Below are positions 1 through 6,882 of a stretch of 12,271 bases of DNA, piece by piece. The position numbers and the translations under genes were made by a program. Numbering within the stretch: position 1 is the first letter of the stretch; every line of letters begins with the position of its first letter. The stretch is from Verrucomicrobiota bacterium. Its GTDB lineage: Bacteria > Verrucomicrobiota > Verrucomicrobiia > Opitutales > Seribacteraceae. The notes under the pieces were generated by a model, which did no database searches, was not told where the DNA came from, and was given only the letters and a program-made list of their open reading frames with translations. The stretch lies in NCBI GenBank assembly GCA_027622665.1, contig JAQBYT010000058.1, positions 1-12,271 of the forward strand, written 5' to 3'.

Positions 1-1365
1 CTGATTCAAGGTAATCGCGTTTGTTCCCGCATTTAAGACCGCTATCTGACCATCATTGGTGATCACTCCACTCTGCGTAATCGCTCCGCCACTTGTTACA
101 CTCAAGGCTCCCGTTGCTGTTATTCCTGCTATCGCTGTTGCCGTCGTATCTACAAGTGTTACTGCTCCCCCAGTCAATGTTACATTGCCGGTCAAGTCGT
201 TTCCGGTACCACCCAAAGCCACGGTTTGACCCGTGGCACTTACAGTCAAAGTTCCGTCGATATCAATATTTCCGGCGTCTGTCACCGCTCCACCGGCTGT
301 CAAATTCAAGTTGTTTACATTGAGTCCAGATTGAATCACAAACGCGGTGCTGTCGTTGATTGTCACATCGCTGCCTGCGTCCGTTGTGAAAGTAACGTTG
401 CCCGTAAAGGTACTCGATGAACCCAAATCGATTGCAGCATTACTTCCTCCGCTATTGTCGAAGGTCGAAGTTCCACCTATTGTCAAAACACCGGTGTCAG
501 TAATCGCTCCGCTAGCGGTTACGGCCAAGTTCTGGCCTACTCCGATTGTTCCCAGGTCGATTGCATTCGCATCAGTTACCCCGACATCATTCGTTCCGCT
601 GTTGCTCAAGCTCACGGCTCCTGTAAAATCATTGGCCGCTTGGGTAAGAGTGATCGCATTTGCTCCCGCGGTGAAGCTAGAATCACCGGCGACTGTAAGA
701 GCTCCAGATTGGGTAATTGCACCTCCAGCCTCGATGGTGAGATCATTAATGCTTAATCCGGACTGAAGGTCGAGAGCAGTTGTGTCGGTGAGAGAAACAT
801 TACTTCCGGTATCAGTGGTAAAAGTTACAGTACCAGTAAAAGCATTCGCAGCGTTGGTAAGGGTGATCGATGCATCCGTTCCATCTTGATTATCCAAAAC
901 CGTGTTACCGGAAACTGTAACGACTCCGCTTTGGGTAATCGTTCCGACATTGTCCACTGTGAAATTGCCCCCAACCGTTACTGTTCCAAGTGTAAGATTA
1001 TTTGCATCGTCAATGATGACGTTGTTCGACCCAGTGTTGCTCAAGCTCACAGCCCCCGTAAAATCATTCGCCGAATCAAGGGTTATGGCATTGGCGCCGG
1101 CAGTAAAACTTGAGGTTCCCGTTACTGCCAAAATCCCACTATCGGTAATTGCGCCGCCGGCAGTCACGCCGAAATTGCCACTCACTGTAGATGCTCCCAA
1201 CGCAATGGCGTTGGTATCCACGAGAATTACGTTATTTCCGTTGGTTGTAATGACGGTTCCGAAGTTGTTGCTAGCGGTGTCGAAGGTGATATCATTAGCG
1301 GCGCCTGAAGCGAGGGTGGTAGTTCCAGAAACAGTAATGGTTCCGGTGTCGGTGATTGCACCACT
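1..1365 (-). repeat. Tandem ~68-74 aa degenerate beta-strand repeats in TpsA (at least 6 complete units plus a partial 7th)
   Basis: The motif G-(A/T)-(I/V)-T-(D/Q)-x-G recurs with the Gly codon starting at 1362, 1155, 945, 723, 510, 291 and 87 (spacings 207, 210, 222, 213, 219, 204 nt). The DNA 16-mer tgttgctcaagctcac occurs at 600-615 and 1035-1050. Confidence 0.9.
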
Positions 1366-3480
1366 TGAAGTGAGAGACATGTCACCAGTTACGGAAGTTG
1401 AGGCTAATGCGAAAGTTCCGTCGGTGGTTAGTGTGAGATTTCCAGCCGCAGCGGTGGCATTATTTGTGATGGCGAGAGCTTGCGATCCAGTTTGATCAAA
1501 TAGAATGTTTCCAGTTCCTGTTTGCACAATGGTCGTAATGCTAGTGGAGGCATCCGCTACATGATCGATATCAATGTTACCGGAACCCGTAGAAGAAGCA
1601 GAAATGGAGATAGCGCTTGCCAATTCGATTGCAGCCGAACTTCCAAGTCCGGTTGCCGCTGAAAGAATAACCGTATCTGCCGTGATGTCTGCGGTAGTGT
1701 CGGAAGCATGATCAATAACCGAACCAGCCGTTGAAGTAACGCTAACTTGAGCGGTGCCGGCAGTAATTGAATTGATACTAAGATTGCCCGAACCTTGAAT
1801 GGTAACATTACCATTGTTCGTGGAAGAAGAAATCGTCGCTGGTGTGGTAATGTTATTAATAGTTACAGATCCCGCAGTTTGGGAAACGGTTCCGGATATG
1901 GTGCCCCCACCGTTGCTAACGTCGACGGCACCGGTAACTTGAATAGCATCATCCGCGACAAGAACCAAATCGCCGACGGTAATGCTTGAAAACAGAAGTA
2001 TCGTCCCATCAGTACGAGTATTACCAGCAGTGACGGATAAATCTCCGGAACCAAGGTTGATAGAGCCCGAAATCATTGTGATGTCGCCATCCGCGGTGAT
2101 CGTAAGATCGTTGGATCCGGTTATGGCAAGGCCCGAATCCACAGAAATATTACCCGTTTCAGATCCTCCGCCGGCGGAAGTTTGAATAATAACATTGGAA
2201 CTGGCTAGAGCCGTATTAAGTGTAGAAAGGCTGATTACCGAACCTGCTGCTGCACTTGGCTCCAAGGTAGTGCTACCCGTAATAGAAGTGTGACTCACAA
2301 CGTCTTTGATTGTTATGTTAGTCGGGTCGAGCAGGAGAGTGCCACTCACGCCACTGGCAGAGCTAAGGTCCACGGAACCTTCAAAGTTAAGAATGTTTTT
2401 GCCTGAGACTTCGGCAAATCCGCCTGAACCGGAACCGGAACCGGTGGCAGATAAATCACCGATAAAAGTTGTCACTCCGTCTGCCCAAATGATTACGCGA
2501 CCGCCATCACCATTTAAAGAAGAGTCGGCAGATATTGTCCCCGAAATATTTGTCGTTTGGGCGTTAGAAAGATTCGCATTTTGACCTTGATAATCGCCGC
2601 CAATCCGAACCAATCCACCGCCAGTAGCGCCTGATGCATCCACTGTACCACTGACTGCAACCTGCTCACCCAAGATGGTTGCGCCACCACCTTGCGTGGT
2701 AGAGGAGGCGACGTCAATGGAGCCGGAATTATCCGCAGTCCCCCCAAGTAGGCCGGATAGATCGAGAGTGATTTTACCACCTGAGGCTTCACCGACTTCG
2801 AGAATGGCGTCGGCGGCCAGGAGGGCGGCATCTCCACCGCGAGAAATTATGGAACCGGCATTAGAAACTTTACCGCCGATGAGGGCGGCGAAGCTTTCGG
2901 CATTAATGGAACCAAGGTTGATAACGGCTGCTTCGGAATCGCCGGTGAAGGAAATATTTCCGGAGAGGAATGCCGAATCTGCGATATCGAGGGTCGAGGC
3001 GATAAGGGCGTGAACGTCGACGGTTGAATCCTTACCGAATATAATACCGTTTGGATTGACGAGGAACAGGTGACCATTGGCATTTAGGGAACCTAGAATT
3101 TCGCTGGGGTTCCCGCCAACGATGCGAGATAGAAGAGCGGAATCTATATTTGGTTGAACGATGTCGACGAGAGCGCCGGCCCCGATGTCGAAGCTCTGCC
3201 AATTGACAATTGCAGACTGGGATCCTTGAAGGATGCGAAGGGCGTCATTACCTTGCTGTTGGAGGTCTACGGTTCCATGGACAACAGTCGCACCCGAAGG
3301 AAGATTCGCAGCCCATGCCTGCCCCGGTGAACCCAGAGCAAAAACGAAGAGCCCGAGAGTCATTGAAGTAGCTTTCACACAATTGAGGGCAACATGTCCA
3401 ACGCGGCGAAGGCGGCGGCGGCATCGATCATGAATCCGGCGGAAGTTTGTAGAGAAGTTGGAAGTTTGCGTCTTCTTCAT
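1..3480 (-). CDS. TpsA-type secreted exoprotein (filamentous haemagglutinin N-terminal/TPS domain, HMW1-like), 3'-truncated by the window edge (>=1160 aa)
   Basis: Manual translation of the minus frame from ATG at 3480 to position 1 shows no stop codon. It begins MKKTQTSNFSTNFRRIHDRCRRRLRRVGHVALNCVKATSMTLGLFVFALGSPGQAWA|ANLPSGATVVHG. TPS-domain hallmarks follow: SAIVNWQSFDIG, SEILGSLNANGHLFLVNPNGIIFG (NPNG at 3057-3046), GGRVIIWAD, GGFAEVSGK and GTLLLDP. The rest is G/T/S/A/N-rich beta-helical repeats. It lies directly downstream of a tpsB gene. Confidence 0.95.
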   Translation of the reverse strand, partial: MKKTQTSNFSTNFRRIHDRCRRRLRRVGHVALNCVKATSMTLGLFVFALGSPGQAWAANLPSGATVVHGTVDLQQQGNDALRILQGSQSAIVNWQSFDIGAGALVDIVQPNIDSALLSRIVGGNPSEILGSLNANGHLFLVNPNGIIFGKDSTVDVHALIASTLDIADSAFLSGNISFTGDSEAAVINLGSINAESFAALIGGKVSNAGSIISRGGDAALLAADAILEVGEASGGKITLDLSGLLGGTADNSGSIDVASSTTQGGGATILGEQVAVSGTVDASGATGGGLVRIGGDYQGQNANLSNAQTTNISGTISADSSLNGDGGRVIIWADGVTTFIGDLSATGSGSGSGGFAEVSGKNILNFEGSVDLSSASGVSGTLLLDPTNITIKDVVSHTSITGSTTLEPSAAAGSVISLSTLNTALASSNVIIQTSAGGGSETGNISVDSGLAITGSNDLTITADGDITMISGSINLGSGDLSVTAGNTRTDGTILLFSSITVGDLVLVADDAIQVTGAVDVSNGGGTISGTVSQTAGSVTINNITTPATISSSTNNGNVTIQGSGNLSINSITAGTAQVSVTSTAGSVIDHASDTTADITADTVILSAATGLGSSAAIELASAISISASSTGSGNIDIDHVADASTSITTIVQTGTGNILFDQTGSQALAITNNATAAAGNLTLTTDGTFALASTSVTGDMSLTSSGAITDTGTITVSGTTTLASGAANDITFDTASNNFGTVITTNGNNVILVDTNAIALGASTVSGNFGVTAGGAITDSGILAVTGTSSFTAGANAITLDSANDFTGAVSLSNTGSNNVIIDDANNLTLGTVTVGGNFTVDNVGTITQSGVVTVSGNTVLDNQDGTDASITLTNAANAFTGTVTFTTDTGSNVSLTDTTALDLQSGLSINDLTIEAGGAITQSGALTVAGDSSFTAGANAITLTQAANDFTGAVSLSNSGTNDVGVTDANAIDLGTIGVGQNLAVTASGAITDTGVLTIGGTSTFDNSGGSNAAIDLGSSSTFTGNVTFTTDAGSDVTINDSTAFVIQSGLNVNNLNLTAGGAVTDAGNIDIDGTLTVSATGQTVALGGTGNDLTGNVTLTGGAVTLVDTTATAIAGITATGALSVTSGGAITQSGVITNDGQIAVLNAGTNAITLNQ

Positions 3481-3528
3481 AGCGACAATATTCGAGTGGG
3501 TCGTGAAATTAAAGGGAGGGGGAGGAAA

Positions 3529-5145
3529 TTAGAAACGGAAGTCGAAACTGAAATGCGCTCTTGGATTGTTAGCTGCACTGTCAGCCGTATCTTCCAATGG
3601 CACTCCGAGATGGAGGCCTATATCGACCGAAGACTTAAAGTTACATCTCACTCCGGCACCCACGCTGTGCATGGTAGTGGAGTCATCTTTGGCGGAAAGC
3701 GAATCCTCCGAAGCGACGTAACCAAAATCATAAAAGAAGAGGGGATGAATGACTCCGTAATTGGATATCTTTCGACTCTGAGCTGAGCCAAATCTCAATT
3801 CAGTATTAAAATGTACACCATGGTCGCCATATGCTTCTCGCTCCTCATACCCCCTGACGGTATTTACACCACCAATTGATTTTTGAAGCGAGGCGGGGAG
3901 TGGGTCGTTGGCAATTTGGCCGGCCAGATTCAAATACCAATCAATATTGTTACGCGCAAAGGAAAGGCGTTGCAGAGTAGCTAGTGAGAATTGAGTGGCG
4001 AAGAAACCGGAAGAAGCACCGGGTCGCTGATAGGACAAATCCGCATCATCACTGCTACCGGCATCGGTGATAAGGCTTAAAGACCAAAATGCCCGGCTAC
4101 CAATTACTCCCTGAAGGCCAATTCGGGGTACGACGAAGGCAAGACTTTGATCAGATACCGGGAGACCTTGAAAACTAACCCTGTTGGTTAAATCCAAATA
4201 GGTGAGACCGAAGTTCCAAGAGACACTACCGGAGTCCAAATGGGCAAACTTGTGTGAGAGAAGAAAACCTGCGTGCAAACCTTCTCCGCTGATATCAAGA
4301 GAAACAGGGGAGATCAACTGATCATATTCGGAATCCGAATAGCCAACGAAAGCAACCCAGCTCCAATTATCGTTGTTGGATCCCGAATATTGCGAAGAGT
4401 AAGAATTTAAATGCTCGGCGTCCGTAAGCCAGTTGAAAGAGAATTTGTCGGAATCGGCAAAGGGCTCGATGAAGTCGAACCCGGCGGAAGCACGCCAACC
4501 GGATGATTCTGCAGTACCGTCATTGGCTATTCGAGCCTTGTAAACAACGGGCAAGGAGTCATCCACCTTAAAATCGGCATCCACGATAATTTCCCCGTTG
4601 TCAGCGCGACGTGGACGCAACTTGGAATCGACATTCACGAAGCGGTTACGATTCAGGGTGGAGGCCGCGGACTGAAATTTACCGTAATGAAAGATTTCTC
4701 CCTCAGTCCAAAGAATGGATTTCAATATACCTTCGCTGGACAACCAGGCGTTACCGTCGACGTTACCCACGCCAATCTTGCCCGGTGCTACGGCAACGGT
4801 GAGACGGCCGGGATTGGCGGGATCGAAAGTGGCCCGGGCAGTGGCAAAAGGATAACCTGTCTTCCGCAGATGAGCGGAAACCTTATCGGCAAAAGCCGAA
4901 GCCTTGGGGGAAGCAACGGGTGAGCCAACTAAATCTTGGGCTCCACCATGGAGGTCTTTCAGGACTGGCTCCATCTCGGTCGGCATCGTGAAAGCGACTT
5001 GCGTTATGGTCTTACCCGCGACCTGAGCGTAACTCGACGCGGGCAGAGCTGCTAGGACCAGCAAGGCTGCAAGGGCAGTCCCCATGGTTGAGAAGAAGCT
5101 GGCGTGACGGGATTCGCCAGATGGTAGGGGAAATGTAATGTTCAT
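3529..5145 (-). CDS. TpsB / ShlB-FhaC-HecB family outer-membrane secretion/activation protein (Omp85 superfamily)
   Basis: 538-aa ORF with a signal peptide (ALAALLVLAALPASSYA|Q) and a POTRA-like region (LRKTGYPFA). It has the loop-6 motif TVRGYEE, an FxDxG motif (FFYDFG) and a C-terminal aromatic beta-signal (FSFDFRF). It is adjacent to and co-oriented with tpsA. The start could alternatively be the Met of MGTALAA. Confidence 0.93.
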   Translation of the reverse strand: MNITFPLPSGESRHASFFSTMGTALAALLVLAALPASSYAQVAGKTITQVAFTMPTEMEPVLKDLHGGAQDLVGSPVASPKASAFADKVSAHLRKTGYPFATARATFDPANPGRLTVAVAPGKIGVGNVDGNAWLSSEGILKSILWTEGEIFHYGKFQSAASTLNRNRFVNVDSKLRPRRADNGEIIVDADFKVDDSLPVVYKARIANDGTAESSGWRASAGFDFIEPFADSDKFSFNWLTDAEHLNSYSSQYSGSNNDNWSWVAFVGYSDSEYDQLISPVSLDISGEGLHAGFLLSHKFAHLDSGSVSWNFGLTYLDLTNRVSFQGLPVSDQSLAFVVPRIGLQGVIGSRAFWSLSLITDAGSSDDADLSYQRPGASSGFFATQFSLATLQRLSFARNNIDWYLNLAGQIANDPLPASLQKSIGGVNTVRGYEEREAYGDHGVHFNTELRFGSAQSRKISNYGVIHPLFFYDFGYVASEDSLSAKDDSTTMHSVGAGVRCNFKSSVDIGLHLGVPLEDTADSAANNPRAHFSFDFRF

Positions 5146-5384
5146 ACGCGCACAGGGTGTATCTTATATAGAAGCGAAAAGGAAAGCTCAGCCAATCCTT
5201 TTTTGTTGGGATTGCAAGTGAAACTTATCCAAAACATGGGAAAAGCCCAATGTACTATTTCCAAAAATATATAATTGATGCCAATACCAAGGGAGCGGAT
5301 ATCGCTTTGGACTTGGCAAACGCAGGAATCTCTTTAGCAGATGATCAGCCTTAAATTCATTATAACAAAGGAAGAAATCAAATC
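5146..5384. promoter_or_regulatory. AT-rich divergent intergenic region, presumed to hold promoters for tpsBA (minus) and the Dabb gene (plus)
   Basis: Non-coding, AT-rich 239-bp gap between head-to-head genes. TATAAT-like hexamers occur at ~5270-5275 (tataat) and 5361-5366 (tataac), and AAGGA lies at 5368-5372 before the Dabb ATG. Individual promoter elements are not firmly assignable. Confidence 0.45.
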
Positions 5385-5684
5385 ATGCTCGTACATACAG
5401 TATATTTTTGGCTGAAGCCCGACCTTTCCCCCGAAGACAGACAGAAATTTCGAGACGGGGTCGATGCTCTCGCTACGATCGAAACCACGGAGCAAGTCAT
5501 AATCGGGACTCCCGCCGGCACGACGCAAAGACCCGTGATCGACGACAGTTACGATTGCGGCCTAACGGTAATCCTTAAGGACATCCCAGCACATGATTCG
5601 TATCAGGACGACCCGATTCACCATAAGTTCATAGCGGATTGCAAAGATCTCTGGGAACGCGTTCAGATCTACGACGCGGACTGA
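5385..5684 (+). CDS. Dabb family protein (stress-responsive alpha/beta barrel domain)
   Basis: 99 aa with the typical pattern MLVHTVYFWLK ... RPVIDDSYDCGLTV ... HDSYQDDPIHHKF ... WERVQIYD. A purine-rich RBS-like AAGGA lies upstream. Confidence 0.9.
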   Translation: MLVHTVYFWLKPDLSPEDRQKFRDGVDALATIETTEQVIIGTPAGTTQRPVIDDSYDCGLTVILKDIPAHDSYQDDPIHHKFIADCKDLWERVQIYDAD

Positions 5685-6844
5685 AGGTCCTCATCCCCTT
5701 GCCCATTCTGCTCCTCGGGGGTTTCACTGGTGAGGAAGCGAACTAGTCCGTGGGCCAAAACTACTGCCATGGGGCCGATGATAAAGCCTTGGGCACCGTA
5801 ACCAAGAATACCGCCGATGATGCCCAGAAAGAGCAAAAAGCTCATCCATGCGCCTTGATCGTGCAACCTCCGCCCCATCCGACGCCTAGCATGACTGATC
5901 CCGAAGTTAAGAACCACGCTTAGTACGGCCAACAAAATCGCTTCAAAATGGTCTCCTCTGCTCCAAGTGAGTGAAGCTAGGGGCAACCAGACCATGGCGC
6001 TTCCCGCGACGGGCACCAAACCCGCAAAAGCCCCGAGCAGGAAAACGGGTAAAAAGAAAAAGCCCCCCACCAACCAACCGACCAAACCAAGACAAAACCC
6101 GCGCCCCAATGCCGTGAGAACGGTATCGCTAAGCAAGCGCAGAGTGATTCTGCGGTGGATTCGCATCCACGCCGTGGTTTCCGAAGCCTCGAAGCCTCCC
6201 GCAACCATTGCCTTGCGAATGAAAGAGGGACCATGGGCATAGAGAAAGGACAAGGCGATCAAGGCCATGGCCAATTCCGCAACGAATCCTCGAGTCCCCT
6301 TGAAAATATAGTCCAAAATAGATCCTGAAAACTCTCTGGCGTCGCCAAGGAACTCGGAGGCAAAGGCGACGGCTCGCTCTTCATCGATCGGAATTCGCGG
6401 ATAAATGGCCTGAACCTCTCGAATGGTCTCGGCTATGCCGCGCAGGAGAGCATCGCGACCTGCTGAATCGCCCATCAGCAAGGCAACCACGGAACCTCCG
6501 AGATCCTCGTCCGAATCGGAACCTCCGTAAACCACCAAAACAAAGGGCATCAAAAGCAGGATCAGCAGCAAACCCGTGGCGATCACGGCGCAGATTTCCG
6601 ATCGTCTCTCCGGCGAAAAGGAAGGAGCCAACCGCTTTCCTAAGTTTTCGATGGGCTTGAAAAGGACGGGATAGGTCAAGGCCGCCAACGATGCCGCAAA
6701 GATCAAAAATTCAAAGAGCGGGCGAAAAGTTCCGTACAGCGGAACGAGCACCAAAAGAAAGGCCGCGAGAACAAAACCTCGACGTCGCCAAGCATGCCAA
6801 AACTGGTGGCGTTTTGCCGCTAAATCATCCACAGGTTTTTGCAT
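5669..6844 (-). CDS. AI-2E (PerM/TqsA) family membrane transporter
   Basis: 391 aa with several hydrophobic segments and family-like motifs: LAALTYPV near the N-terminus, LVPVAGSAMVWLP, and LGIIGGILGYGAQGFIIGPMAV near the C-terminus. Its 3' end overlaps the Dabb gene by 16 bp. Confidence 0.85.
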   Translation of the reverse strand: MQKPVDDLAAKRHQFWHAWRRRGFVLAAFLLVLVPLYGTFRPLFEFLIFAASLAALTYPVLFKPIENLGKRLAPSFSPERRSEICAVIATGLLLILLLMPFVLVVYGGSDSDEDLGGSVVALLMGDSAGRDALLRGIAETIREVQAIYPRIPIDEERAVAFASEFLGDAREFSGSILDYIFKGTRGFVAELAMALIALSFLYAHGPSFIRKAMVAGGFEASETTAWMRIHRRITLRLLSDTVLTALGRGFCLGLVGWLVGGFFFLPVFLLGAFAGLVPVAGSAMVWLPLASLTWSRGDHFEAILLAVLSVVLNFGISHARRRMGRRLHDQGAWMSFLLFLGIIGGILGYGAQGFIIGPMAVVLAHGLVRFLTSETPEEQNGQGDEDLQSAS

Positions 6845-6882
6845 GGCAGTTCGAATTCATAATAACAGGCAGAGTTCGATCC

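Noticed and set aside
2426..2444. Hexamer microsatellite (gaaccg)x3 as a phase-variation tract
   Set aside because: It is an in-frame 6-bp unit simply encoding GSGSGS, and is too short to alter the frame or suggest slippage control.
3481..3531. tpsB and tpsA are in the same reading frame, separated by one TAA and 16 sense codons (FPPPPFNFTTHSNIVA), suggesting read-through fusion or a split gene
   Set aside because: This is plausible by chance. TpsB ends in a proper C-terminal Phe beta-signal, TpsA has its own signal peptide, and TAA is a poor read-through codon.
93..3786. Numerous plus-strand ORFs (e.g. 347-766, 902-1495, 2675-3013, 3394-3786)
   Set aside because: They are antisense shadows of the repetitive, compositionally biased tpsA and tpsB frames. 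Their V/P/L-rich translations mirror the minus-strand codons and show no family motifs.
5193..5214. CAATCC-N10-GGATTG inverted repeat as a terminator or operator
   Set aside because: The stem is only 6 bp, lies between divergent genes where no terminator is needed, and has no supporting second copy.
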